Below, in pieces: positions 1 to 13,700 of a stretch of DNA of 64,000 bases (position 1 is its first letter; each line of letters begins with the position of its first letter). Below the pieces are notes generated by a model. The model made no database searches and was not told where the DNA came from. It was given only the letters and a program-made list of their open reading frames with translations. The position numbers and the translations under genes were made by a program. This DNA comes from Takakia lepidozioides (Eukaryota > Plantae > Bryophyta). The stretch lies in NCBI GenBank assembly GCA_030704615.1, contig CM060732.1, positions 15,438,001 through 15,502,000 on the forward strand, read 5' to 3'.

Positions 1-60
1 TCCGCCAGACCCTCCCATTCGCTTTGATTATGAACCCCAGACTGAAGAAAGTGTCTGCAT

Positions 61-996
61 TCAAATTATCACACCTAAGATGTCAATTGCAAACTGTTCT
101 CCTGAAAACAAGCTTGTCATCATTCTGAATATTGGATGTTTTTGCTCTGCACCACGGTGCCCGTCGTGTTTCTTGTCCTTCCATGCATCATGATTGTTAC
201 ACTCCAACTCGCGGAGGAGGAGGCAGCTCGAATAGGATATCGCCATCAAAAGTCTCGGCAAGAACTTCACAGGCACCTGCTTCAAAGATTCCCAATCAAT
301 TCCTCGCAACTCACTTTTGAATCCAGCCATTCCTCTCCATCGCCCGTAGTTTTGGAATGACACTACAAATCTCTTCTTCATCAGCTTCTCCCAACACAGT
401 AGGAAGGACTGGATTTGGATTTCACTTATGTCATCATCGGACGAATCGAAATCCGAAGCTCAACATTGGAGTGGAGGACGTCTGTTCTTTTTTCACCACC
501 ACCTCCCTCTTGTCTTCAACGACCACAGCAGCAGTCCCGGCGTCACATATGATCCAAGGACTTTCGCCGAGACTCTCCAAGTACTCTATCGACCAGGGCG
601 CACTCTCCACTGGCTGACATGAGCCGTCTCATCACGGTTTTGGAAAGAGTATTTCAACAACTTCCCTTTCAAATCGTACACCTCTTTCTCCAAAAAGATG
701 GAGTCATTCTGAAGCTGAAAATGGGTAGCCAAGACATGTTCCAGAACAATTGCAAATCCATTGTCAGGACTTCCTGGGAGAAACGGCACTGGTTTGTCGT
801 CAGAGAAGAACTTTGCTTCAGAGAAAGCCATCTCCTTCTCCTCGTACGTTGATACCTTGCTATCGCAGACCTTCAGTGTAAATCGCTTTACTGATGTCTC
901 CAGAACACAGTTGAAGAATGAGCAGAGAATATTGCAGGGAAGCTCAGACGATGACTGTGCATATTCTGTTATTCCTCCCAGATATGCACCATCCAT
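61..996 (-). pseudogene. Decayed ORF segments of unknown function, divergent from the ParB-MTase gene
   Basis: Coding-like minus-strand ORFs 586..996 and 61..381 broken by stops or frameshifts; no recognisable motif. Confidence 0.25.
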
Positions 997-2149
997 TTTT
1001 AATTATTTTTCTTGTGGCCCAGTGGTCAGAGTATCCCTAGGAGCAATGTTGGCAGTTGTTAAACCGTTAATCAGAACCTCATCAATAAACACAATAACAA
1101 GCCGACTTCCTGGAAGCATGCCACAAGATCTAAGGGTGGGATTGCAGATTAGTAAATGTATCTTATACTACTACCAATGATCATGCGCACCTGGAAAGTT
1201 CAAAATGTAAACGAACGTGGGGTTGGCTAACAAGGATGAACGTGTATATATCCCCCAAATTTGTCATCAAACTCTCGTTCATTTACATATATTTGTCTAA
1301 GACTGTGCGCCAAGATTTATGGGATTCGCTTTATTTTTTAAATATTGAAACCGTTCTAATAAAGAACACGCCGTTTATTTTTGGGCGACACACGTCAGAC
1401 ATCGATAACTGGAATACGAACAGTTGTACACTAATTGTTGGCATGTGCACTAATAAGGGAACGACTATGTGTAACAGTCACGCGAGAGGGAATCCAATGC
1501 TTCTAGAGACAAGCAACAACGCACGCAATCCCGCAAGATATCGGAGTCACTTTGTTTTTTCTACTTTTCGCGCTTAAGGGAGAGTGGTAGTCAAGCTGGA
1601 GAGGGTTCCTTCTACAATACGAAAGAGAAGAAAGTCTCTTATTTTTTACTTCCCTTAGAGAGAGACGCAGAACAAGAGAGCAAATGACGAGGCGTCGTTT
1701 GTTGGAGAACACAGGGCCAAGGCAGCAGGTGAATGCGGAGACTGATTCACAAGAGCAGACCAAGACTGAGGCAGCGGCTGTGACACAGTCGGCGATAACA
1801 GTGCGCGTTGGAAACCAGCCTGTGGATGCATAGATGACTCGCAGGGAAACTGAAGGAGGTGGAAGTATGAGGAACGCTGACCGGGAGAAGGTCCAGAACC
1901 CTAGAGCAGACAGAAATTCCAGCAGATGTGAGAGGGAAGAGGAAAGCTGTAGAAGGGGATCCAATTTCAAAACCTAAGAAGGCGCCAGTAAGTTTTCTTT
2001 CTCTAACTTACATTTCATTGTTGAAGATCTGCGTAGAGATTGAGTGGAATCTCCCAGAAAGGGATTGTCGCTACCATACCATACCATCACCATGAACAAT
2101 GGTGATTTGCTTTCTACTCCTTTGTTAAGGGTTTACCGCACAATGAGTG

Positions 2150-2860
2150 GGTGATTGACGGTACCGTCATTCACTGTTGTTCAGATCATACAGTCTGTCT
2201 GATTGCCTTTCAAGCAGTCCTTCCTCTTCCCTTCTTTAGCAGGAACATGTGATTGAAGTCTACTGAATTGCGAGCGTCGTTAACGCCATTCGATTCTCCT
2301 CATGAGATTTATGTACCTATGTGTTTTGAAGAGAGAGTGAGGGGTCGGCATATTTCAGTCATATTGTTTTGCAATGCATTTTCTTTGTTTGAGGTTGAAC
2401 AGATAGAGAAGTGGAAAGGCGGTACCGCCAATCAAAGATTTGAAGACCATACTGTAGATTCAGGTAGAGTATCAATTGGAAAGTACTCTCGACATAGACA
2501 AGAAAAAAGTGAATGCTTGCGACGTTCATCACAATGGAGTCAATCTGAATAATCTGCACTTACTGTCCGCTCTACTGTACTGTCCGCCCTAAACTATACT
2601 GAATGTCGTTGCCGCCAATCACTTACATATATATGTCATTGCACAACACCATCCGGCAGGTCCCACTCTTTTGTGATTGTCGTTAACGCCGTTCGCTCTT
2701 GCTCAAAACCTTTCTGTTCCTGTGTCCCCAGAATCATAGTGTTTTTGTTTTGAATTCGGCAGGATCAGCTTTGCTTGTGTAGATGGTTCTGATTTGTTTC
2801 AGACCATTCATTGTGAGTTGAGACGAGACAGAGTGATGGTCGTTACCGCCGTTCACTATT
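2150..2860. repeat. Degenerate palindromic words (TGAATGTCGTTGACGACATTCA family) in intron 1 of copy 1
   Basis: About 7 variants, e.g. GTGATTGACGGTACCGTCATTCAC (~2151), GAATGTCGTTGCCGCCAATCA (~2601), GTGATGGTCGTTACCGCCGTTCAC (~2833). Confidence 0.6.
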
Positions 2861-2923
2861 TGCACACTACTCAGTCAGATTTGAATGGCATCGTGCAGAA
2901 AACTGTGAGGTCCAAGCCTACAG

Positions 2924-3527
2924 GATCAGAGGGGAAAGGATCTGGAGATGGGGACAAGTCTGGAAAAAACTTAGAGAATAACGATGAAGCAGATGAATCT
3001 GAAGTGCACTACCTTGACAAGGTGAAAGAACTCATGTCATTCCAGAAGGTAAACTCTCAGGAGGTTATAAGGGACATGCTCGTATCTGGAGGGCGTCTGG
3101 ACATCCCTCTATGCCGGATGATATCTATGCCTGTTGTGCGTCCACCTCTTTCCCATGACATAACAAAATTGGAGAGTGATTTCGTGCATGGATACAGACT
3201 TGGTGCACAATTTTTTTATGTGTCACTGACGGATATAAATGGGAAAAGCACATTAGTGTCTCCAGAGATCAGTGATACCTGGGATGAGTGCTGGAAAGAT
3301 GCTAATGAGGAGTTCGAGCTGGGCCTCATGATGGGAAAGAACACCCAGCAATTCTGCAACCACATGTTCTACGTCTGGGACGGCAACCACCGATTGCTGG
3401 CATGGATGGGATACATTCAGAAACATCATGCGAAAGACAAAGACAAGCATGTTGCTGTGGAGGCAATGGTTTTGGATCCAGGAAACGACATCGTTAGGCT
3501 TCTTACAGCTATGCACGACGTGAACAA
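2924..3527 (+). CDS. Exon encoding a ParB/Sulfiredoxin-like N-terminal domain
   Basis: Open exon bounded by CAG and GTAAGT; MPVVRPPL..DITKLESDF and FYVWDGNHRLLAW match the ParB/Srx DGxHR arginine-patch pattern. Confidence 0.7.
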
Positions 3528-4696
3528 GTAAGTCATCCTAGAGACTTCATTCCCTCTGTAGTGTCTTGTTAATCCCAAAAAACAAGTGTTAAGGAATGCA
3601 ATGTTTCCAATATTTTTGCAGATCGACAGAGAAATCGCATGTGACAACAAGCTTGGTCCACACACTATTCCGAATTCAAGGATTGGTCTGATGAAGCTGG
3701 ATGATTTTCGGACAGTACTCCCCCCAATATAATCAAGAAGTGCGAAACAGGAAGAGCTGCAGCACTTGGTATTCTTTGACTCGAGAGACGTTTCTGGAGT
3801 ACATGTATGTGGTAAGCCCGAGTCTGTACTCAGTTTACTTTTTGAATACATGTTTGTAGTTCATTCGGTGCTAATCACTATTTGAATCAATGCAGCAAGA
3901 ACTGGCAGAGGCAGCTGAGAAGGAAAATCCGAATATTACCGCACTACACCAGAGGAACTAAAGACATCAAAGGGTGTGGAAGCAGCAATAAAAAAAGAGT
4001 TTGAAATGCGAAGAACCAAATTGATCCTTGGACTTGGATTCTTTCTGAGTTCCTTCAGCAATCAATCTCACTATGAAAAGCATGTGCATCCGGAGATGCA
4101 CAGGAGAAATTGCACACGGCTGGCCATATCCATGGTCGACCCACAAACAAAAATAAGGTGGCTGGAGATATGGAACTCAGATCAATAGTAAATGACTTGA
4201 ATCAGTTCCCAAAGAGCACCATACAGCCTGGCACAAAGGTGGAAGGATCAGTGTTTTGTGTTTTGAAAACTGGCTCCACAAGGCTACATTTTGGAGTCAG
4301 GTGTGTATTCAAATAAGCCATTTTATTTTCTTCTTCAATTATGTATATATCTTATTTGCAATACTGACAAATATACAATTTGCAGCTCGAAAAGCGCGTC
4401 GTCATTGTGCTGGATCAGACTTTGAAGGACTTGAACATTTTGATTGTTTCCCCTCCCCAAATGTCATTGGAGGCATACATAAGGAAGTGGAGAGGTCTCA
4501 CCTGGAGATACTATTTTTTTTTCCTCCGGGAGTTCTCCCAAGATGGTAACATTTTACGGTCCAACGACTTTGACAGTCGGGTTGGAGGAGAGTGGGCCAT
4601 GATGCGAATTGTGTACAGGTGCATATCATACTGGAAACTCTACTGCACTTTTTGGAAATAATTTGGCTTCATAGGATTGTAATCATAGATCCCAAT

Positions 4697-5470
4697 TGAA
4701 TGTCGTTGACGACATTCACTTCTTTGTCTGAGTCATTCTTAAGCGAGAATTTGAATTCACCTGGATTAGGAGCTTAGGATGTATTTATAGTGTCCCTGAT
4801 TAGAATTGATAATGTCCCTAAATGGCGTTGACGACATTCACATCTAGAGTTGTTAAGAGGTCCTCAGAGTTATGTAGTTTTTGTAATGTCCATAGAGTTT
4901 ACAGTGAGGGTTCCTCACTCCAGTTTTTTGAATGTCAAGCAGACATTCAGTTGTTCTGCAATGCTTTTGTCTCTTGCGAGAAATCTTGAGGCTTGATTAG
5001 CTGTGTTATCAGAGATCCAAAGTGAATGTCGTTGACGACATTCACTTCTATGTCTGTGTCATTCACCAGCGACAATTTGAATTTACATGGATTAGGAGCT
5101 TAGGGTGTATTTTATTGGTTCTTTGTTCAGAATTTTGTGAATGGCGTTGACGCCATTCACATCCAGTGTTATTATGAGGTCCTCAGTGTTATGTACGTTT
5201 TGAATGTCCATTGAGTTTTTTTGGAGGGTTCCTTACTCGAGTTTCTGAATGTCGTTGCCGACATTCATTTTCCATCCAATGATTTTGCCTCTTTTGAGAA
5301 ATCATTAGGCTTGATTAGCAGTGTATTCACAAATCCAAAGTGAATGACGTTGACGACATTCACTTCTATGTATGTGTCATTCCAAAGCGAGAGTTTGCAT
5401 TCACGTGATTAGGGTGTATTTGCAGTATCATTGAATGGAGTTTTTTGAATGGCGTTGACGACATTCACAC
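4697..5470. repeat. Intronic array of 8 22-bp palindromes TGAATGTCGTTGACGACATTCA within ~320-bp tandem units
   Basis: Copies at about 4697, 4820, 4929, 5023, 5139, 5246, 5341 and 5446; higher-order unit 4697 to 5023 to 5341. Confidence 0.9.
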
Positions 5471-7569
5471 ATCCAGAGCTGTCGCGGGGTCCTGAGAGCT
5501 CCTTGAGCAGTTTCTCAAAGCCATTTCATTCCATGTTTTTTTTCATTCTGTGCTACTTGCATCTTACTCACTTCGCGCTTTGGTGGTTGGGATTTTATCT
5601 CCTGTTTAACAAGTACACGAAATATGTGCTTATGGAAGGAAATCACCTGAGCGGTATTCCAGACTATCTTGACATGTGGTTTGTGACCCTGCAAACGATC
5701 CAACATGTATACTGCAGGGATATTGAAGGACTGGAGTCCTTCTCACTTCAGAGACTGTGGCTGGTACCTTGACTGCCCACCGGAGCACAACACTTTTCAA
5801 GAACAACACATGAAATATTTGAACAATAATGCTGAGATGTTTGGCGCCTCTGACTGACGAGTAGTACCAAAGAACATAGCAACATTGGCTACCACGGAGC
5901 CTGATGCTCAGGGAACGCTGCAGAGGGAAAGAGGCGTGCCGCAACCAAAAGACAAGGCTCCTGATGTCATAGCCATCTCACCAGCAAAGCCAAAGACAAA
6001 GACAAGTCCAAAAGAAGGAAAGGGACAAAGGGAAGGAGAAGAAAGGAGATGAGAAGGAAAAGGAGAGTGGGCAGGACTTCACTGCTGGAAGATATACCCG
6101 CACAGTTCAGTGCGTGTTCGTTGCCAGCCATACCCTTCCCGTTCTGATTCGGCAGGAGAGATTAAAATTGTCAATGAGGGTGGCTGGCGATGATGCAGAG
6201 TCGAAAGAGAGGATACACTGGGATAACTTCGCCTACCTAGGACAACATAATCTCATTCCTCAATCTGGTGAGAAGTCCAGTTTCTTTTCTTTCCTTTTTT
6301 CTGAAAGTTTCATTGGCAGTATTTCAGTCTAGTTCTTTGAAAACATTCTTGCCATCGTTCTTAAAATAACATGTCTGTTGCAAGGTGAGCACTGGTCCCA
6401 CCTTCGTGTGCGGTGTGCAGAAAACATATGCGGCTGACATTGTCATTCTTGACATCCCGGGATGGCCAGGCTGTGCCAGAAGTTCTTCCAAAGGGCAAGA
6501 CGCCAGGCTGGAAAAATTCGAGGACAACTACTGGAGTTGGGTGTTCGGGTTCTGTAATAATTTCCTCCTGATGCAGAGGACACTTCTACTTTTTTAGTCA
6601 TGTTGACAAAGATAGCCGTCGGGCATTGGCATCATACCTGAAGTCTTCAGGGTTTGAAGTTTTGCGCACATGGAATTGTGTGAACACCTCTAACCTTGTG
6701 AAAGGGGGTTTCCCTGGTCAGCTGGTATGATCGTCTCCCTTCTGCTTGTGCTTTCATGATGAGTTTTCAATGTTCTCTGCAACTCCACTCTAGAAGAATC
6801 TGTCATGATCGACACCGATCATCACCGATTCGTGATAAAATGATTGTTTTATGCCTGAGTTATGAGTAGCCGATATACACACTTCACATCTAGATTGTGT
6901 TTACCACACTAACCTGCTATCTTTGGCAGATAGGATGTTCGAGGCGATCTGCCTGCGGAGGATTTGCACCTCAAAGACACCATCCTCCATCCGCAGCTTT
7001 GAGATTTCTGACCAGGGTTGTTTCGTCACCCCCCCCTATTAGCCGCATGTTGATGACATTTTGTACACTTCATGCAGTCCAGTCAGACTCTGAAGAGACC
7101 AGATGGCACTCCCTGGAGAGGTGCAAAGGAAAAATCCCCAGAGTTCATGCAAATACTGCTGGAGTCATCAGCAGCCACCACTCTGCACGGGTGGTCGATC
7201 TTCTGTGTCCACAGATTCGTTCTCCTCCCTTCCGAATTGATTTTCTCACCCAGTTCCATCTACTTAAATCCCCCCACCAAACTGTTCATGTCCTCCTGTC
7301 TCGTGCAGGAGCAACTTACTATGCATGCAAGGCAGGCGGAAGAAGCTTTTTTGGCATGGAGGGTGATTCTGACCTCTACAACACAGTGCTCCTCCCCCTT
7401 TTGTCTGGCTCCACTTCAGGCCACACACTGACGATCGGATTCAATTCGAAATGATGACGATCCCGAAGATAGCAGTTGACAACGACTTTGCATGTGAGTA
7501 AGTGTTAAACCCACTTTGGGAGCCATACTCAATTTCTCAATAACATAAAGTTACAGTAATAACTTTTTC

Positions 7570-10500
7570 AGGCTGTCTTTCAGGAAAGGCAGTGGTGGAT
7601 CTTCAGGAGATACAGTCATTTGTGGCGAGTCTGTTTTCGACAGCCCCCTTTCTAATTGCAAGCAGCACACACAGAGGCCACACTACCAGGAACAGAGGAG
7701 GGAGACATAGTGGCGCAGCAACAGCAGATGGTGCAAGAGGCACCCATCAGCAGCAACAGCAGATGTCAAGAGGCACCCACAGTCAGATGGTGCAAGAGGC
7801 AAGATACAGCAAGCAAGCAACGTGGTGCAAGAGGCACCTACTCAACAGCACAAGACAGAATTCCAATTGTAATACTACTAGCACAACAATTTCTTGAACC
7901 ACACATGGGACACGGGTAGGAGGAAACGCCACAGAATGTCATTCTGCAGGCAATACAAGCATTGGGTCCAACTGACAGCTTGTATGGACAGGGCCAAGGA
8001 TTACATCAGCCGGAAAACCTGAGCATGATCTTAGACCACATCAAAGAGAAGCACCAGAGGGATTGGCAACTGCAAGAACAGTATGTAACCATGAGGTTAC
8101 AATTACAAAACGTTAGAAAGATCAAAAGACGACCTTACTTCGCCAATACAATACTTCGGCACAACGCAGAGATGAGTGGGAGCAGAAGTGGGAAAGACAG
8201 AGAGACGAAACACGCCATGTCCAAGCCAACCTCGATGCAGACGAGAGAGATCTCGGAAAACAAAGACAGAGGTGGAAACCTCACAGGACAGGTGTAGACG
8301 CTTAAGCCGCAGGTGGAGACACTCAAGGGGGCAAAGCTGAGGACTGCCAGAGATCAGGGAACCAAGTGGCTCAACAAACAACAACTACACTGCTGAGGTG
8401 AAAGGGAGAATGCTGAGAGCAGGCTGTTTACAGCCACACAGAAAGAAGACATTGCCATGGGCAATGAACAGGAATGGAAGCAGTAGCTGGAGAAGCTGCA
8501 TTGCAAGTAGGGCTGGATGCAGCAAACGCAACCTTAGCCAGAGCCTGGTTGAATGAAGGGAGTGAACTAGAGATGAAGAAACTCAACAGGGCAATTGTGA
8601 GCAGATGAAATGTCAATTGACGAAGTTGGGTGACAGACATTCATGAGGAGTTTCCTGCCCACCAATCCCAAAAACAAGAGGCGCTCATGGACGAAGATGT
8701 CAAGAGGAGCAAGACCACAAATGAGAAACACATACAATCACAACAACAACAACACACCAGCACAAACACACCACCAAGTCAACAGACACTGGTACAGGCC
8801 ACAGCAGGCCATCTACTCAAGAGGTAAACCTTGTAACACTACCAAGTGTACTGGTAGCATCAACTTCGGTAGCAGTGGATGATTTCCAATCATATCCATG
8901 CAAGCAGGATGGGCAAGGCTAAAGTATTCAGATGATACTTTAAAATGATGGTAGTCCCAGCCCACCAATCCCAGAGATACTGGAGAAGTCTTCAAAACCT
9001 TAACCCCATGCAGATCATTGGGTCAATTACATCTGCTCAATCAAACTCTTATCCCTCTAAGATATAGGATGAGGCCACTGGCTAAGGAGGAGACATGGTC
9101 AGGGGCAGAATTGGTTGAATTCTGGTGCCAAGCTCCCCTGGAATACAAGAGCTGGTAGCTTACATGTGGGCAGTGGGGCAATTGAAGATTAATCCATCCC
9201 CGCATCCCGCAGTACATTGTAATGGGATGCCCAAGTTTTTATATTTGCAGTTACTTGTACCGGATGTTTGTGACAATGAGGGGAATCTGGCAAGCGCTAT
9301 GAGAGTATTGAAAAGATACTCACTGGGAATTACCACCCAAATTCCAGCCACCAGAGAGAGTCGCAGGCACTTCAGCAGCATAATGAACAGACCACTGTAT
9401 GCTGAAGCATGGCGCCAGGCGAAGGATCACTTTTCACCATTGGTCTTGGACAGAGACCACCCTTTCAGAGAAACAGGGATCCAAGCTGTTAACTGGTTAA
9501 TGGGCAGCAGGGCGACTAAACACATTATACCCTGGACATGGAGGAGCTGCAAACCTACCGAGAAACCTTGACCACAAAAATCGACATGGTACGTGGGGAC
9601 GGAATAGCAGAACACCCTGATGACGGAAGCTGGCCTACTCACGAACCAGAGGAGCACCAGATAGTGACGACAACAGGAACAAGAAGCTGCCAAGACGACG
9701 ACAATCCTGGGACGCACTTCCTACCCCCCACGCACAGTCATGCCACCACCTTACATCCCCAAGAGATACAGCAAGCATAGGAACTGACGAAATTATGCGG
9801 ACACAATTTCAAAAGAGGGGGGGGGGAATAAATGATAACGGTTATGCTATGAGGGACAGACAATGAGGGTCACAACGGGACATACCGGGTAGTGATGGAC
9901 GTACACTACCTGGCCACAGGCAGAGATGGCTAAGTACGCGGTACTTAGCAAATGGCGGGACAAGGGCACATTACCACGGGAGCAGTAGTGGGTAGTGTAG
10001 TAACCGTGGGCCGTGAACCACGATATCACACGGCCACGTTAGCATCGGCTTTAACCAATAGAGGGAGTAGTGGACCGTTTACCACTATGGCTCACGACCA
10101 CTGCAACGAGCCACTTTTTTAGTAAACTTTTAGGTTGTGTAGGCAGTTAGGCAAACGGTCATTACGACCGCAATACTGTAACGGCTCTTTCGAGCATAGT
10201 ATAAAAATGTTGCAAGCGTTTTAGAGGGAGAGCAATATGAGTATGAGTATCAGTGAAGTGTGTATTCAGTGTGTACTACTGTGATGATGTGACAAACTCT
10301 GAAGTAAAGCCATGCTATTCAAAGTATCTCAGTGTAGAGTGAATGTGAGATGGGAAGAATGTGCATTATGAGAGAACGTGAGATGGTGAGAATGTGTATC
10401 ATCTCAGCATAATTCTTGTTTTGTCTTGACTACCATCTGCTTATCTGAACAAAGAGGCTTCAGTCCTTTCGACTAAGGTCTGTTATGCCAAAGAGGCTGT

Positions 10501-10700
10501 AAATTAGGCTTAATCAATATGATTAAGCGGCCTGTAGGGATATGGCTTCATACGACGTTCATAGCTTAGCTATCCTGAAAACGATTACTTCGTAATCGTT
10601 TCTGAAAGCATACCGTCGGACAACCTTTGTTGCATGTCTTAGGAAATGGGCAGTAGTGTTGTTAGCCTGTTTTGCCTAAGTCATAAACCCGCGGTTAACA
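7570..10700 (+). mobile_element. 3' remnant of an LTR retrotransposon: decayed extra ORF, PPT and 3' LTR
   Basis: Broken Gln-rich/coiled-coil coding region 7592-9780; polypurine tract AAAAGAGGGGGGGGGG at ~9811-9826; LTR from TGATAAC (9833) to GTTAACA (10700). Confidence 0.6.
9833..10700 (+). repeat. LTR (~870 bp)
   Basis: TG...CA ends with short inverted termini, directly after a PPT; TATAAAA at ~10200. Confidence 0.6.
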
Positions 10701-13700
10701 GGGTACATATGCAGGGCATATGTGTGTAGTTGGTAGGGGTGAGGGAAGCCTTTGCACTTTGACAACATAACCATATGCGGGGCATATGCATAGAATTGAT
10801 TGAGATATAGAGGGCCATTGGATCAGAGAGCCCCAGGGGGGGAAGAGTGGGTGTGCTGGGTGGTGAATGTTGGATGAGAAGCCTGTAATAAAAAGGTGAG
10901 AGTTAGAACGTAAGCCAGTGGAGAATAAGATCAATTTGTAAATTCTAGTGTGTGTTGGGGCCTTGTAGGATAATTGGGGATAAACGGGTCAGGTAAGAAC
11001 TAGCATGGGGGTGGCAGCCCCACAGAGGGTATACCTGAGAAAGGTCACTAAACGCAGGCCGGGTAGAGTCTGGACAGATACGTCTAGAAAGTTCTATTTT
11101 GTGGGTAATTCGGGTGGTATTGGCCTGCCAGACAGCAGCTAAGGAAGGGAAACAGGGGGGGAAAGCACGGAGGAGAGCTCATGCGGTAGGAACAGTAACT
11201 TCTCAGAGAGAGTGAGGAGAGGTAGGTCATAACATTTACCTGTGGAGAGGCTGTGCACTGGTTGATATGGGGTGAGGGGGCCCCTGCCCGAGCAATTAGA
11301 ATGAGACAGCCAAGGAATTAACTGAGGCCTGGTAAACTGCCAGGGGCAGTGTGCTGGAACAGTGGGACAGAGTGGTAAAGCATACTGTTGTGGCAACTGG
11401 GCTGTGGAGACTGACTTGGACGTCTGGGGACTCCTGGATAAGAACGTAGGGTAGTACTGGTTGTATGTGGCAGAGTTGAGCAAGGAGTTACATAAAATAG
11501 TAGAGGTAAGTGGTGGAGCATACAGTTGGGTCAGATGGGTAGAGAGGACTTCCCTTAAGCCCAGAGGCCATCCAAGTTGCAATGTGGAGTGGTGCTGGCA
11601 GTAAAGATAGGGTACATATGTGGAACATATGTGGAGCATTGAATGGAGATTTGTCACAGAGCCTGTAAAAGAGAGATGGATATTAGTATATGGGGCATAG
11701 AATGGTGGCACTGTAATACAGGTTGTGAGATTTTGCAAGGTAATGCAACATGACAATGGGAGGGGAGTAAAGGGCACGTATTGGTTAAGAGTTCCATGGA
11801 AATAAGTACTGGGGCCCCGGTTGTGATTGACAGGGTTGGCAAGCAGAGGGTCTGAGGGTGAGTTGGAGGGCCAAGAGTCTAGGGAAAAAGAGGGGAGCAA
11901 GCACATGGGCAGTGTAGTTAGTGGAGACATAGGCTGACAAGGATAGTTTATTGTAGAATTTGGGGGTGTGGGATGAGTAGTGGGGGATTGCATGCCTGGG
12001 ATGCAGTGGGATGTGAGGTGGGGGAAGGCCGAAGCTGAAGGCTGAAGCATATCTGGAGGTTGTGCACATTGGATTTTGGGGAGGGAGGGGTATAGTAAGA
12101 ATTGGTTGAGCAATATGGCATTGTGTGAGAACTGGCAGAAACGTGATGTGGGATAACTGTTGAGCAGAAATTGGAGAGAGAACAATGAGCAGGGTATGGG
12201 GTCGAATATGGTGGGGGGAGAAATGCGAGTTGGGAGGTACTGGCGGCAATGCAATATAACAGAGAGGAGGATGGTGTAGGGGGCGCGCCATGGCTGCGAG
12301 ATCTATTGGAGTAATTAATGTGGCCTCGGTTACTGTTTGCAGTGCTGGCAGGCAGTGGGTATGCGGCTGAGTGGATCGAGGAGCTGAGAGGCAGGATATG
12401 AAGCAGGGCACCAGTAGAGGAGCAGCATAATTGGTGAAGAAATAGGCAGGTTGGGATGGTGTAGTGTGGAGTAGTGTGGTGTGAAATAAATGGTGGAGGA
12501 TATGGTAGCATGGGTGAAGTGGGTTATGGTACAGTGAGGGATCATGGGTGGTGGCTAGCATACAACAGGGGTTTCTGAAAGCAGAATCTGGGGGTTAGAG
12601 TACATAGAGGGTGGGCCAGGTAGGTAGAATTGGGCGATGAAACTTTGCGTAGGGCCTGGTAGTGGAAAAGTGTGGGAGCACTGTTGGACACAAATTGGAG
12701 AAAGAACAACGGGAAAAGTGGAGGGATGGTTATGGTGGAAAGAAGAGTGGTATAAATTTTTGAGTGGAAGGTAAGTATGCTTCCTGGTAGAGAGTGGACA
12801 TTGAGTTGGAGGAGATTGGCGTAGGACCCGTCGTCGCAGCTTGAGCTTTTGAACCCAGATGATAATGCTTGAAGCTATGCCCAGAGATAGATGGCCACTG
12901 TCCCAGGGGGCCTTCTGTAAGAGATAATGGCAACCAGATTAGATGCGCCTCTGTTGAAGAGCTAGTCAGCTTGGGGGGCTGCTCGGTTTGAGTAAGAGGG
13001 GGGTGGGGGGTGGGAGTAGCATCCATCTGCCCAACTTGTCGCCAGCATAGATATAGAATTGCAAGGCTGTGTTCCGCGTGAAGCACCGATTGAGAGCGCG
13101 GTGCCCGGTTGGGAAAAGTGGCACTTTAGAGCTGACTGCATATACGTTCGAGGTAGTTGGATCAACCACTGGGGGTGGTGCGTTGTTATAGGCAAGGTTG
13201 TTACGCCGCACTAAACCACTCAACAAACTAGGACATCTATGAGCCACACTAAAATCCACATTAAAAAATGGACACTATCCACAATACTCCATCACAAACT
13301 TTCCAATTATTTCTGGCACTCCAAGGCTGCGACTGATGCTGAAATTAGGCAAACACTCAAATTTCGCTACGCACCATATATGGGCCATCAACGCAAACAC
13401 GTCTTCTGGCCGCACCTTTTTCTATCACCATATTGCCCTCTATGTTTACACACCTATCAGGTTCGTGACACCTGGCCGCATATTCTCAGTCAATGCACCC
13501 ACCCGGTTATCCATGGTCAATATATAACTCGCCATAACCACGCGGTCTGGCACATACACAAACTCCTCATGCAACGATCCGAAACCCGCTGGTTCTCACT
13601 CGTCAATGCTGGCACCTACAAAGGTAAACCCCCAGACCACACCGTTCCCCCGTGGCTACTCCCATGCACCTGTTTGCGTGATTATGCCCTGACATACTGC

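Larger units (their letters stand above)
1684..7454 (+). pseudogene. Multi-exon ParB/Srx-like domain plus beta-class amino-DNA-methyltransferase-like gene (copy 1), disrupted
   Basis: ATG 1684 with donor GTAAGT at ~1988; exon 2924-3527 with VWDGNHR; next exon after TTGCAG at ~3621 (STEKSHVTTSLVHTLFRI); exon ~5612 (YTKYVLM..HFRDCGWYLD) homologous to copies 2 and 3; MTase exons with DIVILDIPG, WRGAKEKSPEFMQILLES..VVDL and GATYYACKAGGRSFFGMEGD. Internal stops and frameshifts. Confidence 0.72.

Noticed and set aside
2794-7454. Bacterial contamination as the source of ParB/MTase motifs
   Set aside because: The genes have spliceosomal introns at shared positions and are interleaved with plant transposons.
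11139-12561. Long Pro/His/Thr-rich ORFs as host genes
   Set aside because: Biased composition, overlapping frames and no domain; better explained as decayed non-LTR sequence.
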